NCBI RefSeq assembly: GCF_011745625.1
Contig: NW_027191453.1
Coordinates: 62,001 to 126,000 of the forward strand
Source: Cladosporium halotolerans
Lineage: Eukaryota
DNA length: 64,000 nucleotides
Direction of reading: 5' to 3'
In this document: piece by piece, positions 1 through 11,589 of the stretch
Layout: every line of letters begins with the position of its first letter
How positions within the stretch are numbered: the stretch's first letter is position 1
Program-made: the position numbers and the translations under genes
The notes under the pieces: model-generated
Told to the model about the DNA's origin: nothing
What the model saw: the letters and a program-made list of their open reading frames with translations, nothing else
Database searches by the model: none

Positions 1-572
1 GGCTGCTCCGTAGCGATGAAGTCCTCGGCGTGCTTCAGCGCGTGGATCTTCGACGCGTTGTATGCGATTTGCGCGTTGTTCATGTACGGTGAAGGAAGAG
101 GCTCGCCGCGAGAGTCGGGGCCGACGACCTCGTCTGTCGTGCCGGTGAAAGCTGACATGGGAACGAGAGCAGCTCCAGAGGAAGTCACGACGATACGTTG
201 GACGCCACCAGCTTTTTGTGCAGACTTGAAGATCCCGACGGTGCCCTGGATTGCGGGCTGCACGATTTCGGCGTCGAGGTCATCGTAGCCGGTCAGGTCC
301 AGTCTGGGAACGGGCGAGGCGACGTGGAGGATGAACTTGACGCCTTTAACGGCTTCGTCGAAAGCGCCGTCTGCGAGGATGTCGGGCACGATGACGAAGC
401 TGAGCTGGTCCTCGCTGATGCCTTTCAAGGTTGGGTTAGAGCGGATGATCTCGGCCTTTTGCTCGCTGCGAACTGCGGCGCGGAGCCTGTAGCCATGTTC
501 GAGAGCGGCGCGAAGGACGCCGAAGCCGACAAGGCCGGTGGCGCCGGTGATGAGGACGAGGTCGCCAGACAT
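1..572 (-). CDS. NAD(P)-dependent epimerase/dehydratase-family (extended SDR) reductase, GRE2/aldehyde reductase II-like; 3' end runs off the window
   Basis: Not in ORF track (no stop in window). Manual translation from ATG at 572: MSGDLVLITGATGLVGFGVL (TGxxGxxG Rossmann motif), ...VPDILADGAFDEAVKGVKFILHVASP..., and catalytic YxxxK (YNASK) near 48-62. Confidence 0.88.
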   Translation of the reverse strand, partial: MSGDLVLITGATGLVGFGVLRAALEHGYRLRAAVRSEQKAEIIRSNPTLKGISEDQLSFVIVPDILADGAFDEAVKGVKFILHVASPVPRLDLTGYDDLDAEIVQPAIQGTVGIFKSAQKAGGVQRIVVTSSGAALVPMSAFTGTTDEVVGPDSRGEPLPSPYMNNAQIAYNASKIHALKHAEDFIATEQ

Positions 573-1405
573 GATAAACCACTACTGAGCAGTCGATGTA
601 TATGGGGGATGAGAGCCTATACCCTATAGATAGACGTGACGATGGTGTAAAGATTGATCGTTGCGCAGACCTTTGGCTGGGGCCCGCTGCTTATATACTG
701 TAGTGTATAATCATATTGCACAATAATGTATGATAGCACGATTGTGCATACCTGATCATTATTCAGCCAGCTGACAACAAAGGATGCTGCAGCATCCTTC
801 ACAGCACCTTAAATCCGCGCAGTGACAGCTTAATCTGACCGAATTCGCTTTGCTTTCCTGTCGAGAGAGGGGAGGAATGCAGTATCCAGACCCTCGATCT
901 GTGATCTCGATATATAGCAAAATAGTGTGCTATTAGTTTTTTGAGGTTCTTCGGCTCTGGACACGGTCAACGAAACCCCAAGAAGCAAGAAATCGACGAC
1001 GTAACAACACTGAGTTGGGAACGGAGGGCGCGTATGCTGTAGGTGGAGCTTGTCAGCCCGAGTTTGTCAGCCCTGGCGGATGAACTTCACTCCGGCGAGG
1101 AACGACAACCGCCTCTCAGTCATCACATGCAACGAAGGAGTCTCAGCCCCACCGGATGAGTGAGACTCGTTGCCAGATTTTTGGCTGGTCAAGGCTGGGA
1201 CTCCATGCCTGGGAGGAATCCTGCGCTGACAAAGCCAAGGGTCGTGGAGATCTGGGTCGAGAGTCCGCGGAGTATGGAAAAGCCATGGATATAGCGAAGC
1301 GACGTCTCGGCGTCAGCCTTCGATGCAAATTGCCCACAGGCTTTTGTAGACCGTGTATCTATGCCAATAGAGATATTTTACCTAATAACCAGCGTGCGAC
1401 CCGAG

Positions 1406-3007
1406 TCAACTCGCCAGCTCAACCTCCGGCTTGTCCTCCTCCTTCTTATGCAAATGCTTCCCGATGAACGTCTCCCATCTTTCCCCACCTTCCTGCTCTC
1501 TCGCTCGCCGTTGCCGGACCAGCTTCTCCGCAGCCTGCTGAAGCATAGTACTCGGCGGACCGTAGCTGTCAAAGATCCCATCGAAATCCCGAGCAAGATA
1601 CGCCTCCGTCACCTTCTCCATGCGCGTCAGGCTCGCGCCGCCAGGCACGTCTTTCTCCCCGTGCCAGTCGCCCTTGACCCAGTCGTCCAAGGACATATCT
1701 TGCAGGCCGTCTGTGACGTTGAGGCGCTTGTACCAGGTATGCTCGCCGCGGGCGTGCTCGCGCATCTGAGCGTGCTGCTTCTCGCCTTCGGTGTACTTGA
1801 TCAGCAGGTTTTGAAGAACGGCGCGCTTCTCGAGCGCAGTGCGGATGAAAGGTATGTTGCCGAAAGGCCCAGGCCAGGCGGCGGCGAAGCCGTCGTGCGT
1901 GTGGTCTGGGCGGCCGGTGCCGACGCTGAGGAGCAGGGCTGGGTTCTCGGCGCGGCCTTCGTAGAGGGAGTGGAATTCGCTGAGCGCGGCGCCGGAAGGG
2001 TTGTTCTCGCGGATGCCGCCGTCCTTGAACGACCGATACTGTCCGTCGATCTCGACCTCGAGCATTTTGAAGTAGAATGGGGCGGCGGATGTGGCGCGGG
2101 TCACTTCCCAAATCTTGAGGGGCTCGGCGCCTTCGTTATACCGCGTGATCCAGTTGGGGGCGTTTTCGGAGTAGTAATGGGGGTAGGTCCTCAAGAGGTA
2201 AGCTTCTGACAGATTCTGGTCGTGTGTGGCCGTGAGACAGCAGGACTGGCAGACACGAGGCTTATCGACGTCGAATGGAGTTAGGCCCATCGCCGCGCTT
2301 TCTTCAATATCGAATGGATGCATGTCCTCTTTGCCATCGCAGTTCTCGTGTTCGTGACAGCGGCTTCCGACAATATCCTGGACTGCTTTCTCGAGAGGCT
2401 CGTGGTAGTATTTGGTGACGAGAGGGATGTTGCTTTTCCTCCTTCCGAAAAGCTCGTTGCCTACTGTGCGATAGACCTCGAGGCATTCCGTGGTCGTCAT
2501 GCGCAGCCGACCAAGCATCGTTGCAATGAGCCCGCCAGTCGATGTCCCGTACATGAAGTCGAAGTAATGGCAAGGGAGAAGCTCCTCCTCGACGAAGGCT
2601 TTGCGTTTTGTGTCTGATGTTGTCATTTCGTCTTCCTCGAGCGCTCCAGGTGCAACAACTTCGCCCTCGCGCCTCCGACCTTCCCTCAGATGGCTGCCTG
2701 AATCTTTTCTTGACGCGCGTGCTTCAGAATCATCGCATTCCTCCTTTTCCAATCGTTCCTCCCATATCCAAATCTCATGCATCAAAGCTTTCAGAATCAT
2801 CAAACTGCTGTATCCTCTGATTCCACCACCATCCAAAGTCAAGATGCAAGCATCCCAGGGATCGTCAACCTCGCGCGCCCATGTTCTCCCAGCCTTGTCA
2901 GAGTCGCTCGTCTCTGCTCTCCGGATCCTACTAGAACTCCGGGAAGAGTGTAGATTTGCAGCTGTTAAAGGTGCCGGCGGGGCAAGGGAGGATGTGCTGT
3001 GCTCCAT
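1406..3007 (-). CDS. Patatin-like phospholipase (iPLA2-type)
   Basis: 533-aa ORF with DGGGIRG oxyanion loop, GTSTG nucleophile elbow, ATSAAP and DGG catalytic Asp motifs. Confidence 0.92.
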   Translation of the reverse strand: MEHSTSSLAPPAPLTAANLHSSRSSSRIRRAETSDSDKAGRTWAREVDDPWDACILTLDGGGIRGYSSLMILKALMHEIWIWEERLEKEECDDSEARASRKDSGSHLREGRRREGEVVAPGALEEDEMTTSDTKRKAFVEEELLPCHYFDFMYGTSTGGLIATMLGRLRMTTTECLEVYRTVGNELFGRRKSNIPLVTKYYHEPLEKAVQDIVGSRCHEHENCDGKEDMHPFDIEESAAMGLTPFDVDKPRVCQSCCLTATHDQNLSEAYLLRTYPHYYSENAPNWITRYNEGAEPLKIWEVTRATSAAPFYFKMLEVEIDGQYRSFKDGGIRENNPSGAALSEFHSLYEGRAENPALLLSVGTGRPDHTHDGFAAAWPGPFGNIPFIRTALEKRAVLQNLLIKYTEGEKQHAQMREHARGEHTWYKRLNVTDGLQDMSLDDWVKGDWHGEKDVPGGASLTRMEKVTEAYLARDFDGIFDSYGPPSTMLQQAAEKLVRQRRAREQEGGERWETFIGKHLHKKEEDKPEVELAS

Positions 3008-4525
3008 CGGGGTGTTGCTCTCGGAGGAGCGTAAGAACGCCCAAGGCGTTGCCGGTAGCGAATCCAGAATGCCAGAGTGAAACGTTCTAGTTGCGGTAAG
3101 AAGTGTTTGCGGACTACTCGACTCCTCAGAGCCCGTCTGTATGCAAGGTGCAGATCCGCAGGAGTTGATTCGTGCCCTCAGCCGAGGGCTCTATGTCGGG
3201 GTATATCTTAAATATGTGTGATACGATGCTTTCGAAATGGGACAATAGCGATGGCGGGTGACGAAGCGCGTGTTTCGCTGACGTACAAAACACAGCAGAC
3301 AGGCAGTAGTGGAGGGTACCGTGACGGTGCAATATGTGGATCCGGGACAGTCGTACAGAGACAACGGATGGATATTGGTGAACGCTATGAATTGTTGGGA
3401 GTGATTGATTTCTTTGTGATGAGAATGGCGTCTGTTGGGTGTGATTGTAAGATGCTAGAACAGAGGTACAGGTGAGGATGTATTGTGAAGGGCAAGAGTG
3501 AAACGCGTGACTGCGCGCGCGCGCTCTAAGGAGCTCAGACAGAGGCTCATCATGTGGACGCCCTCCGCAGCCTGCATCGTAGTCTGCCGGCCCCACTGCG
3601 TGCCGAGGAGCACCCGCAGGAGGAACGCCACATCTGCAAGGGCTGAGAGTATAGTGTGTAGTATAGTGAGGTGGTGTAATGGTAGTTTGGAAAACCAACC
3701 ACTGGCATGGGCTGTGAGCGCAACGTCAGGTGATGAGCGATATTGGGAGCCCAGTCCGGCCGGCGTGATGAATCTCGCCCAATTGCCTAGCCGCCCTCTG
3801 TTTGCCACAAGGCCCGTTGCATTGGGGAGTGTTGATGCTCCTGACCAAGCGGCAGTCGTTGGATCCGAGTGACTCACAACCACGGCGGAGCCGTGATGTC
3901 GCCTGGCGGCAGTGTAGTTTTGACGCAGCTGTTGTGCGACGCAATGATCTATACTTATTATTTTCCAGGGTCGTTCTTTGTCTGGTACGGATGGCGCGGG
4001 ATGGATCGCCTGCGGCTGAAGACGGGAGCTAGAGACGGCCGTGGCGAGCTCAGCCACATCCATCGACGCCGGCTGCTTGCGTAGCGCAAAAAGGTAAAGT
4101 CGGCCGAGCGAATGACGACGCCGGCCGGCGACGCGGTCACATGCAGAGGGACCGCTGCTGCGCCCACCGGTCAAGCATTTCCAACCGCTCACGCCTCTGT
4201 CTGACACCCAAGAAGCGCCAGACACCTGGTCAGGCCAGCTCCGAGCCACTCATCGCGCAAACCCGCCTGTAACCTTGCCTAGCCCGGTGTGCTCCAGTGC
4301 CTGATCCACGCCATTCATACGTCCGCCTCCGCCTGATCTTTCCACCCTCCGTCACACGATTCACAATCCGCTCTGCGCCTTGTCTCAGGCACCGACCAAA
4401 CGCGCACACGGACAGCATACGCCATCATCACATATCCTCTCTACCGCCCTCCAAACAAGCCGCCTCAATCTAGTGACTCAATAGCGTCGGCACTAGAGCT
4501 TTCCATTCCGACAGTGTTGCCTGCC

Positions 4526-5152
4526 ATGGCCAACCCGCCCGGCATAGACACCGCGTCGCTCGAGCGCAGTGACAAGACCGGTTTGACGGACTCTACCCAC
4601 ACTTCGAGCAGCAGTGCTTCCGAGAAATATCGACTGGACGAGCAGGACGAAGCGCCCATCTTGCTGTACAAATACCGTGGTGGCCTGCAGACGTCTTCTC
4701 AAAAGGATCTCTGTGCCTGGCTTGACAAAGGTCAGTCTTTGCGCTCTTCCACCTCACCAACGCAGCGCGGTATACTGACTCGACGTCCAGACGAGAACTT
4801 CGAAAAGCATCGTGTCACGCGCAAGCCCATACCACGATATACCTCGTACGTCGATGTCAAGCGTCACGATCTCTACATGCCCGAGGAGAAAGCCAGCTAC
4901 GAAAAGTTCCCCAACTACGACTCCTCTCTCGCTTCCATCAAGATTCCCTCCATACCCTACTGGAGCCGCATGTTCCTCGGTCGCTATCCGGAGCTGTACA
5001 TTGTCTCTCCAGAAAGCAGCCCGAACTCTAGCATAGCAAGCGGCAGCACTCGCGACATCAGCCCGACGAGCACGTTCGCTCATGACAGCCCCACAAATAC
5101 ACACGCTGGTGCCTCGAGGGAAGGAGAAGAGACTGGGTTGTCGTACTCTTAG
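4526..5152 (+). CDS. Hypothetical Ser/Pro-rich protein (~208 aa)
   Basis: Open frame from gccATGg at 4526, preceded by a C/T-rich leader and followed by an AT-richer 3' region; no recognisable domain. Confidence 0.45.
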   Translation: MANPPGIDTASLERSDKTGLTDSTHTSSSSASEKYRLDEQDEAPILLYKYRGGLQTSSQKDLCAWLDKGQSLRSSTSPTQRGILTRRPDENFEKHRVTRKPIPRYTSYVDVKRHDLYMPEEKASYEKFPNYDSSLASIKIPSIPYWSRMFLGRYPELYIVSPESSPNSSIASGSTRDISPTSTFAHDSPTNTHAGASREGEETGLSYS

Positions 5153-5457
5153 GAAAGGTCTGTCGGAAGGATGAAAAGTGCATTCATTAGCATCGGTCGT
5201 TTAGGGCGCATTGGTCAGGAGGATACCCTTTTCTTTTTTGAGCTTTTGTTATGTGACACATTCAGATACGAACGTAATACGATGATCATGGATACTCCCA
5301 AGACCCCATAGAAATTTGGATACAGTTACGTCCCAGGGACCACGCTCTTGTCGTTCTGGAGAAAACAGTTCCTCTGCCGATAACACAGGTATCCTTCATC
5401 AAGCCAGTGTCTGTTACGAATAGCCCGTCTACACTGCACCCGCGCAATCATCTCTCC

Positions 5458-6060
5458 TCAGTGACACGCCTTTCCAAGAAACTTCAAGCGCCAGTAGTTG
5501 TACGGCAGCGGTGCGAGAAACCCAGCCAACATTGACACCCCGGTCACCGCCCAGAATCGAGCATCAGCAAGTCCCATAGAACCGTCTGAAAGGCCCAGCG
5601 TCACTAAATTTTCGGTAAACTCCATCGCCAACATCGACACAAGGCTCATACCGCATGCGGTGCGAGCAGCAGCTTTCCACGCCAACCGATCTTTGCCCAG
5701 ATGTAGGAGCGCCGTCTCGAGCAAGATAGAGGTGGTGATTCCGGCCGTCATTGAGAGACCCATCGAGGACGCGGTACTCATCGACGGATGGTATGTCATC
5801 AGATACCACATTGTCGAGAGGTCACCGAGTGAGCAGCCTATCAGGCAGCGGGACGTGTTGACGAGAGCGCGTTTCCACGTGTGGCGACATCTCCAGAATG
5901 AAATGCTTTGTAATGGCAGATGTCGCGACGTTGTCTGGAGCTGGCGGCGGTATGTGACTCCCAGAGCTGTAATGTGTGGCCGGATGGGACCTTTGGAGGA
6001 AAATAAGCTTCTCGCAAGGAATGCATTCCGAGCATGACATGTGATGGAGGTCATGGGCAT
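5458..6060 (-). CDS. DUF4396-domain membrane protein with a possible mitochondrial presequence
   Basis: WKRALVNTSRCLIGCSLGD, SMLAMEFTEN and GFLAPLPYNYWRLK...ACH resemble DUF4396; several hydrophobic helices. First in-frame ATG at 6060 (ORF track starts at a GTG). Confidence 0.78.
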   Translation of the reverse strand: MPMTSITCHARNAFLARSLFSSKGPIRPHITALGVTYRRQLQTTSRHLPLQSISFWRCRHTWKRALVNTSRCLIGCSLGDLSTMWYLMTYHPSMSTASSMGLSMTAGITTSILLETALLHLGKDRLAWKAAARTACGMSLVSMLAMEFTENLVTLGLSDGSMGLADARFWAVTGVSMLAGFLAPLPYNYWRLKFLGKACH

Positions 6061-6438
6061 GGTTCCGGCTTGTATGACAGAAAAGTGACGGTGATGAACG
6101 CCTGTGTTTCGGTGACCGCAAAAGATCGCGCTGCCAGTCACGCCATATGTTTCACAAGTATACGAGACTCATCATTAATAATATTCTGGAAGGCTTTGGC
6201 TACTTCCCAAATATTCTTCGGTGCGATTGCAGTGTCTGACATCCCTGGCCCGTGCACTTGCCCTTGAGGCTTTTGTGCTTTCGCAACCCCATTGGTGTTG
6301 AGCGTATTTGCGCGCTTTGTGCGTGTGGCAACCGGCAGTACAAGGGCGCTTCGTACAGCAAGCTTGCAATAAAGAAGTTCAAGCCAGCCGGCTGCTCCTG
6401 TTACGCCGGTATTCACAAACTGAATCTACGAACAAAAG

Positions 6439-9400
6439 ATGGCGTCGTTCTCATCAGCCTCAGGGCCGACGCCCATCTGCACGTCTTTCCTCATCCCGAA
6501 TCTGCATTGCCCGACATGCGTTAGCCACGTAACTTCTGTGGTTAATGGCCTCAACACAAACGCTGTCGTCTCGGACTGTTCGATTGTCAATCACATCGTC
6601 ACCATCGCACACGGGAGGAATGTGTCGGTGCAGCTTCTCGGTGAAACACTGACATCGGCCGGCTATGAAATCTTCGACACTATATGGGATCCCACGCTCG
6701 ACGAGAAAACCTCGCGTCCGGCCGTTCAAGATGCCCGGTTGGAAGAAGCAGTGCAGCGATGGGATCCCCGGCGACATTCTCAAGTGGACGAAGCCACACG
6801 TCTGCTCCATGACGCCAATTGCGAAATGTGCGCGTCCAGTGGGCACGCGAACTTGGAGTCTGTGACCAGCACAGATACAGGTGCGACTCGACCTGAATTT
6901 ATTGCCACGCTGTCTGTTGAGGGAATGACCTGCAGCTCCTGTGTGGGCAATGTCACCAAAGCGCTTCAAGCGATCGAGAATGTCCAGCAGGCCAACGTTT
7001 CTTTGATCGGACATAGCGCAGATGTACGATTCTCAGCGGAAGACCCCGACATATACGCCAAACAGTTCGTTGAAGCGATCGAAGACGTCGGATATGACGC
7101 GCAACTGATCGAAGTGAGGCCAGCGAATGTCAAGGACAGCACGAAGACAGACTCGAAGGAAGGATCAGAAGTCGCTGCTCAAAGGACGATATCACTTCGG
7201 ATTGAAGGCATGCATTGCTCGCGGTGTCCAGTGCGTGTACTTGACGCAGTGCGTGGTATGGACGTCGACATCAAGGATCATCCGACCCTGGACTCGCCAA
7301 TTCTGACACTCTCGTATGTGCCCGTTACACCCAAATTGACGATCAGGCGCATCATCGACGAGATTGGCGCACTCGACCCATCCTTCACGATTACGATTCA
7401 CAAGCCGAAATCAGTGGAGCAGCGCTCCCGAGAAATGCTTGCAAAGGAGCGAAGAGCAATCTTCTTGCGCGCGCTGTTCTCAACAATCACTGCCATTCCG
7501 ACTCTTATTATCGGCGTCATATACATGAATTTGGTACCAAAACACGATCCTGGGTATATGTTCATGATGCACCGTTTGCACGGTGTCAGCCGAGCAGAAT
7601 GGGCAACCTTTGCGATGGCGACTCCGGTCTATTTCTTCGCTACCGATCACTTCCACAGACGCACACTCAAGGAATTGTATGCGCTTTGGGGGCCACGCAG
7701 CCCAGCACCAATTTTCAAGCGGTTCTACCGCTTCGGCAGCATGAACATGCTTGTCAGCTTGGGCACGACAATCGCTTTCTGCTCGTCGCTAGTTGAATTG
7801 ATCGTCACTGCGTCGCATCCTTCTGAGGACCTGATCGGAAGCTCGAAGAAGTCGTATTTCGACTCTGTCGTTTTCCTCACGATGTTTCTGCTCCTGGGAC
7901 GGCTGGCCGAAGCCCAAATGAAGGCCAAGTCTGGTGATGCGATCTCGGCTTTGGGCAACCTGCGGCCCACTGAGGCTAGCTTGGTCACATTGAAAGATGG
8001 AGATGTCTCAAACATCGAGACGATGAATGTGGACTTTATCGAGACTGGTGATTTGATCAGGATCCCTCACGGCTCGAGTCCGCCCTGCGATGGTGTCGTG
8101 CTGGATGAGAAGGCCAGCTTTGACGAGTCGAGTCTGACGGGAGAGTCTCGTCTGGTCACCAAACAGAAAGACGACTCGGTCTATTCCGGTACTATCAACA
8201 AAGGTGCGGCCATAACGATCCGTGTCACTGGTCCCGCCGGTGCATCTATGCTGGACTCGATCATCAGCGTGGTCCGTGAAGGCCAATCCAAGCGCGCACC
8301 GATGGAGCGCATCGCGGACTTGCTTACGGCCTATTTCGTACCTGTCATCGTACTGATTGCCATCATAACATGGATGGTCTGGCTTTCACTCGGTCTATCC
8401 GGAGCGCTTCCACATAGCTACCTTGATAATGACGTCGGAGGCTGGCCATTCTGGTCACTGCAATTCGCCATTGCAGTCTTTGTCATAGCGTGCCCTTGCG
8501 GACTAGGTCTGGCTGCCCCGACTGCATTGTTTGTGGGAGGTGGGTTGGCGGCAAAGCGCGGCATCCTCGTCAAAGGCGGAGGTGAAGCTTTCCAGGAAGC
8601 AAGCACAATGGACGCCGTCGTCTTCGACAAGACCGGCACCTTGACGGAAGGGCTCGAGCCGAAGATCGCAGAGCACCAAGTCGTCGATAGCGGGTCTGGG
8701 CTGGACCGTGCAATCGTCCTGGGCGTGCTTAGGAGCGTCGAGCAAAACAGCAGTCACCCACTCGCCAAAGCGGCCGTCAACTTTGTGAATGCTGAAGGAG
8801 ATGCTGCAACGGTCAGTGTGTCCGCTGCTGATGAGATTGCGGGCAGAGGTCTGAAAGCAAGCTTTGATCTGGCTGGCAGCGGTGGGAAAACCCAGTACGA
8901 GGCTCTGGTCGGCAACGAAGGCTTAATGCGAGACTACGGCGTCGAAGTCTCTTCGACAACGGCCGAGCTACTGAGTTCTTGGAAGTCAAGTGGCTACTCG
9001 GTGATACTCCTGGCCTGCCGTGAAACTGGTAACCAATGGCGAATGGAGGCAGCCTTCGCCGCGTCAGACCCGCTCCGTCCTGAAGCAGCAGAAGTAGTCA
9101 GATCTTTACGGGCCCAAGGTGTCGAAGTTTGGATGCTCTCCGGCGACAACCCTGGTACTGCGATTGCGGTGGGTAAGCAAGTTGGAATTCCGCCTGACAA
9201 CATCATCGCAGGCGTCCTCCCTGCTCAGAAGGCCGACAAGGTCAAGTACCTGATGCAATCGCTCAAGCCGAGGCGCGGGATCGGGTTCCAGAGCATTCTG
9301 AGCAATAAGCGGAACAGAGCCACGGTCGCGATGGTCGGCGACGGCATCAACGATGCCCCAGCTCTGGCAGCAGCAGACATCGGCATCGCCGTAGCTTCCG

Positions 9401-9723
9401 GCTCGGACGTCGCGGTACAATCCGCGTCTTTCGTACTGGTCCACTCCGATCTGAGAGCTGTGCTCACGCTGGTGTCGTTGAGCCGCGTTGTCTTCCGGCG
9501 AGTCATCCTCAACTTCTTTTGGGCTGCCCTCTACAACATGATCGCCCTCCCCGTGGCGGCCGGCGTGCTCTATCCGGTGAAGACGTCGTCGGGCAACCAT
9601 ATCCGCCTGGATCCGGCTTGGGCGGCGCTCGCGATGGCGTTGAGCAGCATCTCGGTTGTGGCAAGTAGTTTGCTGCTGAGGACAAGAGTGTTTGGGCTGG
9701 GTTTCCGGGAGGAGTCGGGATGA
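6439..9723 (+). CDS. Copper-transporting P1B-type ATPase (intronless)
   Basis: HMA CxxC motifs (LHCPTC, GMTCSSC, GMHCSRC), TGES actuator, CPC in TM6, DKTGT phosphorylation site, SSHP, GDGIND hinge, YN and MxxSS Cu(+) ligands. Confidence 0.96.
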   Translation: MASFSSASGPTPICTSFLIPNLHCPTCVSHVTSVVNGLNTNAVVSDCSIVNHIVTIAHGRNVSVQLLGETLTSAGYEIFDTIWDPTLDEKTSRPAVQDARLEEAVQRWDPRRHSQVDEATRLLHDANCEMCASSGHANLESVTSTDTGATRPEFIATLSVEGMTCSSCVGNVTKALQAIENVQQANVSLIGHSADVRFSAEDPDIYAKQFVEAIEDVGYDAQLIEVRPANVKDSTKTDSKEGSEVAAQRTISLRIEGMHCSRCPVRVLDAVRGMDVDIKDHPTLDSPILTLSYVPVTPKLTIRRIIDEIGALDPSFTITIHKPKSVEQRSREMLAKERRAIFLRALFSTITAIPTLIIGVIYMNLVPKHDPGYMFMMHRLHGVSRAEWATFAMATPVYFFATDHFHRRTLKELYALWGPRSPAPIFKRFYRFGSMNMLVSLGTTIAFCSSLVELIVTASHPSEDLIGSSKKSYFDSVVFLTMFLLLGRLAEAQMKAKSGDAISALGNLRPTEASLVTLKDGDVSNIETMNVDFIETGDLIRIPHGSSPPCDGVVLDEKASFDESSLTGESRLVTKQKDDSVYSGTINKGAAITIRVTGPAGASMLDSIISVVREGQSKRAPMERIADLLTAYFVPVIVLIAIITWMVWLSLGLSGALPHSYLDNDVGGWPFWSLQFAIAVFVIACPCGLGLAAPTALFVGGGLAAKRGILVKGGGEAFQEASTMDAVVFDKTGTLTEGLEPKIAEHQVVDSGSGLDRAIVLGVLRSVEQNSSHPLAKAAVNFVNAEGDAATVSVSAADEIAGRGLKASFDLAGSGGKTQYEALVGNEGLMRDYGVEVSSTTAELLSSWKSSGYSVILLACRETGNQWRMEAAFAASDPLRPEAAEVVRSLRAQGVEVWMLSGDNPGTAIAVGKQVGIPPDNIIAGVLPAQKADKVKYLMQSLKPRRGIGFQSILSNKRNRATVAMVGDGINDAPALAAADIGIAVASGSDVAVQSASFVLVHSDLRAVLTLVSLSRVVFRRVILNFFWAALYNMIALPVAAGVLYPVKTSSGNHIRLDPAWAALAMALSSISVVASSLLLRTRVFGLGFREESG

Positions 9724-10235
9724 AGGAAATGGCTGTATGATTATTTCGCGGCGGTTTTGACCGGAGTATATCAAGTTTGCTGGATTGTCTTAGGGGGTTG
9801 AATGCTCCATGTCCTTCTAAAAGACCTTTAGAATATGTGAACATAATGAATCGCATTGAATGCATGGTTCTGTCGTGAAATGGTTGGTAGGACCCCTCAG
9901 GACACGCCAGGCAGGAGGAAGAATCGATTGACGGAGTAGCTCAGTTGATTTCCCGATCAAGAGGGCGTCGTTGTTTGATTGCTCGGGAGAGAAACATGCT
10001 TAATCTCTTGCCTTTGTGGTTGACCAGAGGGACGACCTGGCTGGAGGCGTGAAGACTCAACCACGAACGAAACATCCACCACGGTATTGCCATGATTCGA
10101 ACCCCAATTAGCGGGGACGTTGTTGTCTGAGTGCTAAAAGCAATGGCCTAGGTCCTGCCTTGATGCGTGATAGACCAGGGAGTTTGTCTGAGCATCGTAG
10201 GAGGCGTATATCGAAAAAAAATTGAATCATGGCTC

Positions 10236-10332
10236 TGGCTCTGCCGTGAATCGAACACGGGTCTGCACGGATGTTGTATGCTCCAGAGGGAGCTTCCACA
10301 ACGTGCCGTACTAGCCACTATACTACAGAACC
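10236..10332 (-). tRNA. tRNA-His(GUG) with 25-nt intron (10271-10295)
   Basis: Minus strand folds as a cloverleaf: acceptor GGTTCTG/CAGAGCC + discriminator A, D arm with TAGTGG, anticodon stem GCACG/CGTGC with TT-GTG-G loop (anticodon 10299-10297), T arm CCGTG-TTCGATT-CACGG. Intron after position 37; T8 Pol III terminator at 10214-10221; TATA-like stretch ~35 bp upstream. Confidence 0.95.
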
Positions 10333-11589
10333 TCTGATTCATGTCAAATTTTGATCTTTTTGGAATATATATAACCAAAAACCTTTGCTCGGCGTTTCCC
10401 GAGACACGACACCATGTTGCCTCATCCGCAGGTCAGGAGGACCGTCCAGATATTCCAATCACACAGGGCCGTCGCTGGTTGCATCGAATACACGTTCATG
10501 TCTCGCAGGAATGCGACTGAGAGCGGAAACGAATGCTGTGGGACTCGCACCATTATACGGTGCTCACCGCATTTCAGAACCTTCGAAACCGGCCACCATC
10601 GTTCGTTACTCAAGCTAGATGATTTCTTTTTGTTCTTGGGCCTTAAGCTTTGTATCCTTAACTATATTGCTCGTGACAAGCTTGCACTGCATCGAGAAGG
10701 ACTGACTATAGCTACACATGATCATTGGGGTTTCTACGTCCGTGATAATCCTAACGTCCGTTACATCCCCTGCAATTTCTGCATTCTCAATTTACTTTAA
10801 AGAGGTTAGAGTGCTACTAAGCGAGGGCTCCTCGGATCACGCTAGCCGCTGGTAGTAAGCGAGAGTGAAGTCAAGATCCCTGAAGTCCCCGCTTCGAAGC
10901 CAGGATCACGTGAACCGCCTTCCAAAAAAAAAACGCGAAACGTCACGGAAATAATCACAATTGCACTGTAGGCGCTCGGAAGAACCACGGGCTTTTCGCA
11001 CCATTAATATGAGCGCTGCAATGCGACGCGAGCACTAGGCCCGTCAAGTCATGGACGTTGGTCAGTTTTATTAGAAGTGTTCGATACCGCTCGACGGGCA
11101 GTGGCTGAACTTAAGCTTCAAACGGCTTAGATACGGCCTCCACTCGTGCAGATGCTGCGGCGGTCGGAACTGACATCGAGGGCGGTGTCCAAATTGTCTC
11201 GTCGACAGAGCATGCTAGACTTCTATCAAGCACTTACCAAGCATCTCACGCTGCGTAGCAGAACATAGCTACCCTCGGCGTTCATGGCATCGAAACCCAG
11301 TTTTTGGCCCGAGAGAGTCGCCGGCGGCATTCCGCAAGCTTTTGCAAGATCGGTGGGGCTGGTGCACCAGTAGTGTCGACACAGCGGTCCGAGCAGAGTC
11401 CCGCGACATGCACGTGCGAACTCTGGGACCGGGCTCGTTGACGGCCTTGGCGATCAGATCCATGCGATGCGGGTTGTCCCCCCGCGGCGGTAGATCCGCC
11501 CAGATTGCCATGTGCACCCGTGCACGTCGCGCTCCCAAATCGTGCCCTGACCTCTTGGAGTACAGCACTCGTGGGGAGCAGGACACGAC

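Noticed and set aside
1361..2209. 282-aa plus-strand ORF
   Set aside because: Antisense shadow of the patatin gene.
3126..4249. 190-aa and 264-aa minus-strand ORFs
   Set aside because: No recognisable motifs; consistent with the patatin leader/promoter.
10085..10170. Second tRNA gene at the extra B-box
   Set aside because: No paired T stem, acceptor stem or A-box could be built.
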